Of a stretch of DNA of 64,000 nucleotides, positions 1-8,580 are shown one piece after another. A program made the translations under genes and the position numbers. Where the stretch lies: assembly GCA_945872795.1 (NCBI GenBank), contig CAMCAZ010000002.1, positions 65,298-129,297 of the forward strand. Reading direction: 5' to 3'. Below the pieces are notes generated by a model. It was not told where the DNA came from, searched no databases, and saw only the letters and a list, made by a program, of their open reading frames with translations. Numbering within the stretch: the stretch's first letter is position 1; each line of letters starts with the position of its first letter. The stretch is from Chryseobacterium gleum. GTDB taxonomy: Bacteria; Bacteroidota; Bacteroidia; Flavobacteriales_F; PHOS-HE28.

Positions 1-539
1 ATGAACCAGGTCATGATGATGCCGCCCACCATGAAACTGATGGTGGCCACCAGACTGGGCCATTGCAGGCTGCTGAGGCCCATGATGGCGTGGCCGCTCG
101 TGCAACCACCGGCGTAGCGTGTGCCGAAGCCCACCATGAATCCGCCGAGCACGAAGAAGATCAGGCCACGTACGGTGAAGAGCTGCTCCCAGCTGAAGAT
201 CTCCGAGGGCAGCAGGCTCGAGGTGTCGGTGATGCCCTTCGATGCCAGGTATTCCTGCGTGGGTGCGGCCAGCACGATGGGGTTGGGGTCGCTCAGGAAC
301 TGCGCCGCAAGGAACGCTCCCACGGCGATGCCGCCCACGAAGAAGAGGTTCCAGGCCTCCTTCTTCCAGTCGTACTTGAAGAATTTTACATCGCCAGGAA
401 TGCAGGCCGCACAGAGGTGGCGCAGCGAACTGCTGATGCCGAAGGTCTTGTTGCCAACGAGCAACAGGAAGGGCACGGTGAGGCCGATGAGGGCACCCGC
501 CACGTACCAGGACCAGGGTTGTTTGAGTGTCTCGAGCAT
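1..539 (-). CDS. YeeE/YedE family sulfur (thiosulfate) transporter; 3' end runs off the window
   Basis: Manual translation from ATG 539: MLETLKQPWSWYVAGALIG...GISSSLRHLCAAC...GFGTRYAGGCTSGHAIMG, which carries YeeE/YedE motifs. Absent from the ORF track because no stop codon lies in the window. Confidence 0.88.
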   Translation of the reverse strand, partial: MLETLKQPWSWYVAGALIGLTVPFLLLVGNKTFGISSSLRHLCAACIPGDVKFFKYDWKKEAWNLFFVGGIAVGAFLAAQFLSDPNPIVLAAPTQEYLASKGITDTSSLLPSEIFSWEQLFTVRGLIFFVLGGFMVGFGTRYAGGCTSGHAIMGLSSLQWPSLVATISFMVGGIIMTWF

Positions 540-548
540 GAGGGTAGG

Positions 549-584
549 GATCAGAAGATCAGAGGGTCAGACGATCAGATGATC
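549..584. repeat. Tandem octamer array GATCAGAN (left arm of the inverted pair around the four-helix-bundle gene)
   Basis: GATCAGAA GATCAGAG GGTCAGAC GATCAGAT GATC. Confidence 0.85.
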
Positions 585-605
585 GCCATGAGCCGATGAC
601 CTCGT

Positions 606-1061
606 TCAGGGTTTCAGTTTGGCGTTGCTGGATGAGATGATCTTGTTGAGGATCCGGATGATCGGGATCAGCTTTTCGAGGCAAGGCTTGGCCGAGACCA
701 CGTTCCTTGCGCTGCAGAGAAGGAGCCAGTACTCTGTCTCATCGGCTTCCTTCAGGGCTACTTTCATCTTGTGGATGAAGTCGGCCAGGCTTTCGCCGTT
801 CTGCGCTTCACGGACCAGTGCGCCAATGGCAGTGCCGCTCCGGAACAACTGGTTCGACAAGGCGAACTTCTTGCGCTCCTGTAGATCCTCGGAAAGATCC
901 CAGATCGCCAATGCGAAGTCGAATGTGAGGTTGACGATCGCGTTGTCCTTATAGCGTGCATTGTAGGACGCTGGTGGCTCGGCCGTCAACGATGAACCGA
1001 ACAGTTCCTCCTTCACAATGGCATTCAGCCATTCCTTGATGTCGATATCCCGGACGTTCAT
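606..1061 (-). CDS. Four helix bundle protein (23S rRNA IVP / TIGR02436-like family)
   Basis: Motifs FDFALAI...LSNQLFRSGTAIGALVREAQ.GESLADFIHKMKVALKEADETEYWLLLC...LNKII; about 36 aa of N-terminal extension. Confidence 0.9.
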   Translation of the reverse strand: MNVRDIDIKEWLNAIVKEELFGSSLTAEPPASYNARYKDNAIVNLTFDFALAIWDLSEDLQERKKFALSNQLFRSGTAIGALVREAQNGESLADFIHKMKVALKEADETEYWLLLCSARNVVSAKPCLEKLIPIIRILNKIISSSNAKLKP

Positions 1062-1074
1062 GGTCTCGTGAATT

Positions 1075-1106
1075 GTCTGATCATCTGATCATCTCATTTT
1101 CTGATC
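1075..1106. repeat. Tandem octamer array NTCTGATC (right arm, inverted relative to 549-584)
   Basis: GTCTGATC ATCTGATC ATCTCATT TTCTGATC; reverse complement is GATCAGAA AATGAGAT GATCAGAT GATCAGAC. Confidence 0.85.
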
Positions 1107-2509
1107 GTACTCGGGCAGACGTAGTCCGTCACCTTCACGTCAGTGTTGGTCTTGATGGCGTTGAACCCTCCGGCCACATCGGTCACATTGTGGTAACCGC
1201 GCGATTTCAACAGGCTGGCTGCGATCATGCTGCGGTAGCCACCGGCGCAGTGGATATAGTTGGGCTCCTCCTTGCTGAAGGCCGCCAAGTTCTGGTTGAT
1301 GAACTGCAACGATGCGTGCCACGCACCGTCCACATGCTCGGCCTCATACTCGCCATCCTTGCGCACGTCCACCACACGGAGCTTGTTCGCACCGAAGCGC
1401 TTGGCGAACTCCTCGGCGGAGATGCTCTCCACCGTGTCCACGTCCAGGCCAGCGGTCTTCCACGCGTCGATGCCGCCTTTCAGGTAGCCGAACACGTTGT
1501 CGTAGCCCACGCGGGCCAGACGTGTCACTACTTCATCCTCCATGCCCTCGTCGGTCACCAGCAACAGCGGGTGCTTCACATCGGGGATCATGGCACCGAC
1601 CCAGGGGGCGAAATCACCCTTGATGCCGATGTTGATGCTGCGGGGTACGAAGCCGTCCTTGAAGGTCTGTGCACCGCGGGTGTCCAGTACCAAGGCTCCC
1701 TCGGTCTCGGCCACGAGCTCGAACTGTTCGGGGGTGAGGGCACGGAGGCCCTTTTCCTTCACCGTGTCCACGCTCTCGATCACGCCCTTGTTCATGGCCA
1801 CGTTCTGTGGGAAATAGGCGGGAGGGGGCAACAGACCGTCGGTCACTTCCTTGATGAACTGCTCCTTGCTGGCGGCCTTCAGTGCGTAGTTGGTCCTCTT
1901 CTGGTTGCCCAGCGTATCCCAGGTCTCCTTGCTCATGTTCTTGCCGCAGGCGCTGCCGGCGCCGTGTGCAGGGTACACCAGCACGTCATCGGGCAGGGTC
2001 ATGATCTTGTTGTGCAGGCTGTCGTAGAGGTAGCCGGCCAGGTCCTCCTGGGTCAGCGAACCCATTTTCTGGGCCAGGTCGGGACGGCCCACGTCGCCGA
2101 TGAAGAGCGTGTCACCGCTGAAGATGGCGTGCGGCTTGCCGTGCTCGTCGATCAGCAGGTAGGTGGTGCTTTCCATGGTGTGTCCGGGGGTGTGCAGCAC
2201 CTTGATGGTGATCCGGCCCACCTTCAGTTCCTCACCGTCCTTGGCGATGTGCGCCTCGAAGCTCGGGTTGGCGTTCGGACCGTAAACGATGGGCGCACCG
2301 GTCTTCTTCGACAGGTCGAGGTGACCGCTCACGAAGTCGGCGTGGAAGTGCGTCTCCAGCACATACTTGATGATGGCGCCGCTCTGTTCGGCGCGTTCCA
2401 TGTACGGCTGCGTTTCACGCAGGGGGTCGATGATCACGGCCTCACCGGCGCTTTCGATGTAGTAGGCGCCCTGTGCCAGGCAGCCGGTGTAGATCTGCTC
2501 GATCTTCAT
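1094..2509 (-). CDS. MBL-fold metallo-hydrolase with rhodanese domains (persulfide dioxygenase-sulfurtransferase, CstB-like)
   Basis: Start MKIEQIYTGCLAQ at ATG 2509; THFHADFVSGH, HTPGHT, GDTLFIGDVGRPDL, PAHGAGSACG; rhodanese active loop HCAGGYRS. Confidence 0.9.
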   Translation of the reverse strand: MKIEQIYTGCLAQGAYYIESAGEAVIIDPLRETQPYMERAEQSGAIIKYVLETHFHADFVSGHLDLSKKTGAPIVYGPNANPSFEAHIAKDGEELKVGRITIKVLHTPGHTMESTTYLLIDEHGKPHAIFSGDTLFIGDVGRPDLAQKMGSLTQEDLAGYLYDSLHNKIMTLPDDVLVYPAHGAGSACGKNMSKETWDTLGNQKRTNYALKAASKEQFIKEVTDGLLPPPAYFPQNVAMNKGVIESVDTVKEKGLRALTPEQFELVAETEGALVLDTRGAQTFKDGFVPRSINIGIKGDFAPWVGAMIPDVKHPLLLVTDEGMEDEVVTRLARVGYDNVFGYLKGGIDAWKTAGLDVDTVESISAEEFAKRFGANKLRVVDVRKDGEYEAEHVDGAWHASLQFINQNLAAFSKEEPNYIHCAGGYRSMIAASLLKSRGYHNVTDVAGGFNAIKTNTDVKVTDYVCPSTIRK

Positions 2510-2576
2510 GGTATGGGGAGTTGAGGAGTTGCGTGTTGATGAGGTTGGGGAGGGGGGGCTCCTGCCTGCGCGAACC

Positions 2577-3389
2577 TTAAGATAGATGTATGAGCTCCCT
2601 TCCGATGATGTAGACGCCCATGGCCAGCACGAACCAGCCGAAGGCGGGCTTGAGCTTTTCGTTCGGGATATGCTTGCTGAGGATGCTGCCCCCGATGATC
2701 CCGCCGATCGCAATGGCCGAGAACAGGAAGAGGAAGTTCCAGTCGATGATCTCTTCACCCTTCAGGTCGCCCGTGAATCCGATCAAGGATTTCGCTGCGA
2801 TGATGATGAGCGAGGTGCCCACGGCCTTCTTCATGGGAAGCTTGGCCAGTAGGACCAGCGCAGGAATGATCAGGAAACCACCACCGGCGCCCACAATGCC
2901 GGTGATCATGCCCACCACCACACCTTCCGCCAGGATCAGGGGGTAGTTGAACTTGATGGCCTCATCGGCCGGTGCGTTCGGTCCCAGTGGAGCCTTGGGT
3001 TTGCGGATCATGCTGTACGCGGCGGCCACCATGATGAGCGCGAAGAAGATGAGGATGCCGATGGCCTTGCTCACCGGCGTGCTGCCCAGTGTGAAGATGG
3101 GATCGGGGATCGCCGGGACCAGCCAGGCCCGGGTGGCGTAAACGGCCAGGATGCTGGGGATGCCGAAAACGATAGCCGTGCGCCAATGGATGTTCCCGAA
3201 GCGCATGTGGCTGAAGCTGCCGACCAGGCTGGTGAGGCCCACGATGAACAGGGAATAGGCCGTGGCCAGGACCGGGTCGATCACGAAGAGGTATACCAGG
3301 ATGGGAACGGTGAGGATGCTGCCACCGCCTCCGATGAGGCCGAGGGACAGACCCATGATGATGGCGCCGATGTAACCGAGGATCTCCAT
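2577..3389 (-). CDS. Sulfite exporter TauE/SafE family protein
   Basis: GLIGGGGSILTVP and GIVGAGGGFLIIP repeated halves, multiple TM segments; ATG at 3389. Confidence 0.9.
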   Translation of the reverse strand: MEILGYIGAIIMGLSLGLIGGGGSILTVPILVYLFVIDPVLATAYSLFIVGLTSLVGSFSHMRFGNIHWRTAIVFGIPSILAVYATRAWLVPAIPDPIFTLGSTPVSKAIGILIFFALIMVAAAYSMIRKPKAPLGPNAPADEAIKFNYPLILAEGVVVGMITGIVGAGGGFLIIPALVLLAKLPMKKAVGTSLIIIAAKSLIGFTGDLKGEEIIDWNFLFLFSAIAIGGIIGGSILSKHIPNEKLKPAFGWFVLAMGVYIIGRELIHLS

Positions 3390-3403
3390 GTTCACAACGT
3401 GGT

Positions 3404-3730
3404 TCAGAGTGTGGGGCAGCAGTTCTCCAGGCAGTTCACGATCTTCAGGAATTCGGGACGCTTCAAGCGCCAGAAGGTGTACTTGCCCTCCTTCTCGAAT
3501 TCCAACAGGCCTTTGTCACGCATCAGCGTGAGGTGCTGGCTGAGGATCGCCTGCTCGAGCTGCAGTAGCTCCTGCAGCTCGCGATTGCACAGCCGGGTAT
3601 GGTGGCCCAAGGCATCGAGGATGGCCAGGCGCTGGGGATGCGCGGCTGCCCGTAGCAACTCACTCGCCCGCGTGAGCTTGTCGGTCCCGACGCGTTCTTC
3701 AAGTGTGGTGGTCGTCATGACGCTCGTCAT
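3404..3730 (-). CDS. ArsR/SmtB family transcriptional regulator
   Basis: LRAAAHPQRLAIL...LEQAILSQHLTLMRDKGLL...EGKYTFW winged helix; Cys-rich C-terminus NCLENCC; alternative start at ATG 3718. Confidence 0.88.
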   Translation of the reverse strand: MTSVMTTTTLEERVGTDKLTRASELLRAAAHPQRLAILDALGHHTRLCNRELQELLQLEQAILSQHLTLMRDKGLLEFEKEGKYTFWRLKRPEFLKIVNCLENCCPTL

Positions 3731-3736
3731 TGACCA

Positions 3737-3772
3737 CAAAAGTATAGAGAGATCACTATGTGATTATGTGAT
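3737..3772 (-). promoter_or_regulatory. Bacteroidota -7 promoter box plus candidate ArsR operator
   Basis: Minus-strand TACTTTTG (3744-3737) matches TAnnTTTG; adjacent ATCAC-TAT-GTGAT inverted repeat (3752-3764) and TATGTGAT x2 direct repeat (3757-3772). Confidence 0.6.
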
Positions 3773-3810
3773 AAGGGTCACACGCTCACGAAAACTGTTG
3801 GAACCAGTGT

Positions 3811-4935
3811 CTACAGGGCCTTCAGGAGGCCTTCGCCGAAATGCTTGACCTGGTAACGGCGCATGCCCGGCAGTGCAGCCAGCGCGTCCAGGTCGCCGGG
3901 AAGGGTGCGGGCAATATCCATAAGCAGCTGGTTGGCCGCCACGATACCGGGCCGAAGGTCATGTTCCGTGGTGAGCAGATCGCGTGTCTGCTTCAAACGC
4001 TTCAGGCGGTTCTCATAGTCATCGTCGCGCTGCCAACGCTTGCCCTTGGGAACCCGCGGCCACTCCTCCTTGGGAAGGTCCAGGCCGCGTTGTACGGCGG
4101 ACATGATGGCCGCGCCGTACCGTTCGATCACCCGTTCATTGACGCCCTTGCGCTGCAGGATGTCCTTCATGCCCTTGGGCGGGTCGCTCGCCAAAGAAAG
4201 GATCACATCATTGCCCAGGATCATGAACGAGGCGCGGTCCTGCTTCTCGGCGATGCCATCGCGCCATTGGAAGAGCTCCCGCAGGATGGCAAGCTCATGG
4301 GGTTTCAGTGTCTTCGCTCCCTTCATGCGCAGGAATGCGGGCTCGTCATTCACCGGAAGGTTGAAGGGGGCGTCCGTCAACAGGGCGAACTCCTCTTCGG
4401 CCCACTCCCAACGTCCCTTGGCCCGCAATTTCTCCTCGAGGATGTCGCGCAGCGCGATCAGGTGACTGGTGTCCCCGGCCGCATACTCCAGCATGGGTTG
4501 TGGCAGGGGGCGTTTGCTCCAGTCGGCTTTCTGGAACCGTTTGTCGATCTGCAGTCCCTGGTACTTGCCCAGTAGCGCCGCCAGTCCGATCTCGGGTTCG
4601 TTCACGAGTTCCGCGGCCACCAGCGTGTCGAAGACGTTCTCCACCCGGATGCCATGGTGCTTGGCCAGGATCCTCAGGTCGTAGTCAGCATCGTGGATCA
4701 CCACCTCCATGCCGGGGTCTGCGAGCAGCCTGCCCAGCGGGCTCAGGTCCGGAAGGCTCAATGGATCTACCAGAAAGGTGTGCGAGCGCGTGCTCAACTG
4801 CACCAGGCAGACGCTTTCGCGGAAGCGGTGGAAACTGGAGGCCTCGGTGTCCAAGGCGATGACGCGTTCCCCGGCGAAGCTTTCCAGCGTGGCCGCGAGC
4901 GTGTCCTTGTGCGTTATGAGCTGGAAGTCGTTCAA
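3811..4935 (-). CDS. rnd: Ribonuclease D (DEDDy exonuclease plus HRDC domains)
   Basis: ALDTE, HDADYDL, FDTLVAA, KADWSKRPL, YAAGD motifs; HRDC region LRELFQWRDGIAEKQDRASFMIL; TTG start. Confidence 0.85.
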   Translation of the reverse strand: MNDFQLITHKDTLAATLESFAGERVIALDTEASSFHRFRESVCLVQLSTRSHTFLVDPLSLPDLSPLGRLLADPGMEVVIHDADYDLRILAKHHGIRVENVFDTLVAAELVNEPEIGLAALLGKYQGLQIDKRFQKADWSKRPLPQPMLEYAAGDTSHLIALRDILEEKLRAKGRWEWAEEEFALLTDAPFNLPVNDEPAFLRMKGAKTLKPHELAILRELFQWRDGIAEKQDRASFMILGNDVILSLASDPPKGMKDILQRKGVNERVIERYGAAIMSAVQRGLDLPKEEWPRVPKGKRWQRDDDYENRLKRLKQTRDLLTTEHDLRPGIVAANQLLMDIARTLPGDLDALAALPGMRRYQVKHFGEGLLKAL

Positions 4936-4952
4936 GTGATGGTCGTTCCAGG

Positions 4953-6044
4953 TCAGATGTAGCGGTCACCGCTTTCGGCCTTCAGGTCATTGACGAAGCC
5001 GCGGATCATTTGCTCATCCTGCTTCTTGCACACCAATAGTGCATCTTCGGTGCTCACCACGATGTGGTCGTCAAGGCCCTGCAGCACCATCAAGCGGTCA
5101 TCGTGGGCGTGCACCACGCTGTTGTGGCAGTCATACAATTTCACATGGTCACCGACCGCCGCGTTACCGCGCTCGTCCTTGGCCAGATGCGTATAGAGGC
5201 TGCCCCAGGTGCCCAGGTCGCTCCAGCCGAAATCGCTCATGACCGTGTAGACGTTGTGCGCCTTCTCCAGCACACCGTAGTCGATGCTGACGTTCTCGCA
5301 ATCGGCATAGGTCCCTTCGATGAAGGTGTGTTCCGCAGGCGTTCCATAGCTGCCCGTGCCCTTGGCGAACTGCGCATCCATCTCGGGCAGGTGCGCGCGG
5401 AAGGCACTGCTGATGCTCTTCAGGCTCCAGATGAAGATGCCCGCGTTCCAGAGGAAGTCGCCGCTCTCAATGAACTGGCGCGCGGTATCCAGGTCGGGCT
5501 TCTCGGTGAAGGTGCGCACGGGGCGTACACGGTGGTGCACCGATCCTTGCGCGTCGCCGAACTGGATGTATCCATAGCCGGTGTCCGGTCGGCTGGGCAT
5601 GATCCCCAGGGTCACCAGGCAGTCCTTGCTCCCGGCCTGTTCCAGACCGATGGCAACGGTCTCCACGAAGGCCTTTCGGTCCATCACCAAGTGGTCGCTG
5701 GGGGCCACGATGATGCGTGCCTGTGGATCGCGGGCAGCGATCACATGGTTCGCGTAGGCGATGCACGGCGCCGTGTTCCGGCGGCTGGGCTCCTTCAATA
5801 TCTGCGCGTCAGAGAGCGAGGGCAGTTGCTCCTTCACGATCGAGGCGTACTGCGCATTGGTCACCACCAGGATGTTCTCCGGCGGGCAGATGTCCAGGAA
5901 ACGATCGTAGGTCTGTTGCAGAAGCGTGCGGCCCAGTCCCAGAAAATCCAGGAATTGTTTGGGGTAGGCACTACGGCTCATGGGCCAGAAGCGGCTGCCG
6001 ACACCGCCGGCCATGATCACGCAGTAAGTATGTTCGTTCGTCAT
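4953..6044 (-). CDS. manC: Mannose-1-phosphate guanylyltransferase
   Basis: VIMAGGVGSRFWPMSR..PKQFL, EPSRRNTAPCI, PSDH, FTEKP, WNAGIF, SIDYGVLE, WSDLGTW. Confidence 0.93.
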   Translation of the reverse strand: MTNEHTYCVIMAGGVGSRFWPMSRSAYPKQFLDFLGLGRTLLQQTYDRFLDICPPENILVVTNAQYASIVKEQLPSLSDAQILKEPSRRNTAPCIAYANHVIAARDPQARIIVAPSDHLVMDRKAFVETVAIGLEQAGSKDCLVTLGIMPSRPDTGYGYIQFGDAQGSVHHRVRPVRTFTEKPDLDTARQFIESGDFLWNAGIFIWSLKSISSAFRAHLPEMDAQFAKGTGSYGTPAEHTFIEGTYADCENVSIDYGVLEKAHNVYTVMSDFGWSDLGTWGSLYTHLAKDERGNAAVGDHVKLYDCHNSVVHAHDDRLMVLQGLDDHIVVSTEDALLVCKKQDEQMIRGFVNDLKAESGDRYI

Positions 6045-6069
6045 CGGTAGGTCATGGAACAGCCGACCC

Positions 6070-6717
6070 TCAGGACGCTTTACGCGCGATCAATGGGCCG
6101 TTCACGTGGACCTCGGCCAGAGGGTCGATGAAATAGATGCGCCTGTCGTTCAGGCAATGGCATTTGTATCGCTTGCGCAACTGAGGCCCCTTCACGAAGA
6201 TGCGATCGTTGAAACGGAACACCGTGCGGTCCGGCAGCTCCTCCAACATGGGACGCGGATCGCGATCGTACTTGCGCAGCACGCGCATCAACTGATGGTC
6301 CGTGCAACTGCTGGCCGGCGCGTCGTACAGGTGATGCTCCAAGGCATGCAGCACATCAGCCGGCAGCACTGCACGGCTCATGAATGGACGCATCAATCGG
6401 TGATACTCCTCCTTCCACTGTTTGCCATGAGGGTCCTTCCAACGCTTGGTGCGCGCAACGGTGCTGTAGTGCGCGAACTCGTGGATCAAGGTGACCAGGA
6501 ACGCATACTTGTTCAGGTCGTTGTTCACCGACACCCGATGCGGTTGCGTCTTCGTGGCGTTGCGGTAATCGCCCAGCTTGGTGGTACGCGGTGCCGACAC
6601 ACGAACAAGCACCGGATTGCGCCGCAACCATTGATGCACCACCGGCCATGCTCCGGAAGGGAGATGGCTTCGCAACAACTCCAGATCGTTGGCGACGAAA
6701 GTGGTGGACACAGGCAT
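6070..6717 (-). CDS. SprT-like domain zinc metalloprotease
   Basis: RTTKLGDYR, FLVTLIHEFAH (HExxH), PHGKQWK, C-terminal RKRYKC typical of Bacteroidota SprT. Confidence 0.85.
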   Translation of the reverse strand: MPVSTTFVANDLELLRSHLPSGAWPVVHQWLRRNPVLVRVSAPRTTKLGDYRNATKTQPHRVSVNNDLNKYAFLVTLIHEFAHYSTVARTKRWKDPHGKQWKEEYHRLMRPFMSRAVLPADVLHALEHHLYDAPASSCTDHQLMRVLRKYDRDPRPMLEELPDRTVFRFNDRIFVKGPQLRKRYKCHCLNDRRIYFIDPLAEVHVNGPLIARKAS

Positions 6718-6729
6718 GGCAGCTGGAGG

Positions 6730-6939
6730 TCAGGCGGGTGGTAAGGTCCCGTTCCTCTGAGGGTGCAAATTAGCATGCGTACCTGAACCCTGCATGACCG
6801 GCCGCTGATTCCACTTCGGGCAATCGCATTCCTTCTTTCTCCGGTATTTGGCAGGTTGCGATGAGCATCCTGCCAAAATGGCCGAAATCAACATCAGGCT
6901 TACCAGTAGCGTGTGCCAGCGGAGGGTAGAAGCGTACAT
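6730..6939 (-). CDS. Putative small lipoprotein (69 aa)
   Basis: ATG 6939, hydrophobic signal ending in lipobox LAGC, mature part SSQPAKYRRKKECDCPKW; TACCTTTG box 8 nt upstream. Confidence 0.55.
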   Translation of the reverse strand: MYASTLRWHTLLVSLMLISAILAGCSSQPAKYRRKKECDCPKWNQRPVMQGSGTHANLHPQRNGTLPPA

Positions 6940-6946
6940 GCTGGTG

Positions 6947-6954
6947 CAAAGGTA
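6947..6954 (-). promoter_or_regulatory. -7 promoter box TACCTTTG
   Basis: Matches Bacteroidota TAnnTTTG just upstream of ATG 6939. Confidence 0.55.
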
Positions 6955-7033
6955 GAGGCTTGATCGGGTGGCCCGGTCGGACCGAGGTCCACCCGTTCGA
7001 TGCGAAGGCGCTACTTTCGCACGGGACCGGAAA

Positions 7034-7774
7034 ATGACCATTCTTCTTCATATCGGGCGCTATTTCCTGCTTCTGCGGGATACCCTGAGCCGACCCGAGC
7101 GGATGAGCCTCTATTGGCGCCGGACCTTGGAGGAGATGGACCTCCTGGGGGTCAACAGCATGGGTATCGTAGCCCTCCTGTCCGTGTTCATGGGGGCGGT
7201 CATCACCATCCAGACCACCTCGAACATCGATTCGGCCTGGATACCCGCCTATGTGGTGGGCTTCACCACGCGGCAGAGCACCATCCTGGAGTTCAGTCCC
7301 ACCATCATCTCCCTGATCCTGGCCGGCAAGGTGGGCTCCAACATCGCGGCCGAGATCGGCTCCATGCGCGTGAAGGAGCAGATCGATGCCCTGGACATCA
7401 TGGGCGTCAACTCGGCGGGTTACCTCATCCTGCCCAAGATCGTGGCATCCGTGATCATGAACCCCTTCCTGATCATCATCAGTATGTTCCTGAGCATCTT
7501 CGGTGGGTGGCTGGCCGGCGTCGGAACGGGGATCATCAGTTCCGAGGCCTTCATCGAGGGTATCCAGTACAGTTTCGATCCCTACACGGTCACCTACGCC
7601 CTGATCAAGACGGTGGTCTTCGCCTTCATCATCACCACCATTTCGGCCTATCAGGGATACTACACCAAGGGTGGCACCCGGGAGGTGGGTATCAGTAGTA
7701 CACGCGCCGTGGTCTACAGCGATGTGGTGATCCTTATCACCAACTATGCGCTGACCCAAACGCTGTTGATATGA
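7034..7774 (+). CDS. mlaE: MlaE family ABC transporter permease
   Basis: AGKVGSNIAAEIGSMRVKEQIDALDIMG, EVGISSTRAVV; ATG 7034 preceded by TACTTTCG. Confidence 0.9.
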   Translation: MTILLHIGRYFLLLRDTLSRPERMSLYWRRTLEEMDLLGVNSMGIVALLSVFMGAVITIQTTSNIDSAWIPAYVVGFTTRQSTILEFSPTIISLILAGKVGSNIAAEIGSMRVKEQIDALDIMGVNSAGYLILPKIVASVIMNPFLIIISMFLSIFGGWLAGVGTGIISSEAFIEGIQYSFDPYTVTYALIKTVVFAFIITTISAYQGYYTKGGTREVGISSTRAVVYSDVVILITNYALTQTLLI

Positions 7775-8535
7775 TCGAGGTACAGGGGCTGAGCAAGCGT
7801 TTCGGTGATGTGCAGGTGTTGACGGACATCAATGCCACCTTCTCCAAAGGGCTCGTGAACCAGATCATCGGCATGAGCGGTTCGGGAAAGAGCGTACTGG
7901 CCAAATGCATGGTGGGGCTGCACAAGCCCGAGGAAGGGAAGGTCCTGTACGAAGGACGCTCGTTCCACGACATGGATACCGAGGAGAAGCGGGGCATCCG
8001 GCAGGAGATCGGCATGCTCTTCCAAGGCGCCGCGCTGTTCGACAGCATGAGCGTGCTGGAGAACGTGATGTTCCCGCTGAAGATGTTCTCCGACATGCCG
8101 CGGAGCGAAATGCAGGATCGCGCACATGTCTGCCTGGAGCGCGTGAACATCGTGGACAAGGACAGCCTCTTCCCGGCCGAGCTCAGCGGCGGCATGCAGA
8201 AGCGTGTGGGCATCGCCAGGGCCATCGCCATGAACCCGAAGTACCTGTTCTGCGATGAGCCCAACAGTGGACTTGACCCCCAGACCAGCATCGTGATCGA
8301 TGAACTGATCAAGGAGCTGACACAGGAGTTCAATACCACCACCATCGTCATCACACACGACATGAACTCGGTGATGGAGACGGGTGAGAACATCATCTTC
8401 GTCCACAACGGACGCATGTGGTGGTCGGGTACCCGCGAGGAACTGCTGTACAGCGACAACGAGGAGCTCAACGCGTTCATCTTCGCCAGCGAGGTGATGC
8501 GCGTGGTCAAGCGTTCCTTGGCCAGGAAGCCCTGA
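7771..8535 (+). CDS. mlaF: MlaF-like ABC transporter ATP-binding protein
   Basis: GMSGSGKS, LFQGAALFDSM, LSGGMQKRVGIARA, CDEPNSGLDP; ATGA overlap with mlaE. Confidence 0.88.
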   Translation: MIEVQGLSKRFGDVQVLTDINATFSKGLVNQIIGMSGSGKSVLAKCMVGLHKPEEGKVLYEGRSFHDMDTEEKRGIRQEIGMLFQGAALFDSMSVLENVMFPLKMFSDMPRSEMQDRAHVCLERVNIVDKDSLFPAELSGGMQKRVGIARAIAMNPKYLFCDEPNSGLDPQTSIVIDELIKELTQEFNTTTIVITHDMNSVMETGENIIFVHNGRMWWSGTREELLYSDNEELNAFIFASEVMRVVKRSLARKP

Positions 8536-8580
8536 TCGGGTCTCCCTCCTCGTGTTCCCGAACCTCGCAGCCGGGAACGA

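Noticed and set aside
606..1061. Diversity-generating retroelement suggested by the Avd-like fold
   Set aside because: No reverse transcriptase and no template/variable repeat pair with adenine-specific mismatches seen in the window.
606..1061. 23S rRNA intervening sequence
   Set aside because: The flanks are protein-coding genes; no rRNA sequence is present.
2510..2560. CAACTCC-like repeats before the MBL gene (similar tracts before kmo and secA)
   Set aside because: One-sided, with no inverted partner; consistent with unstructured C/A-rich translation initiation regions.
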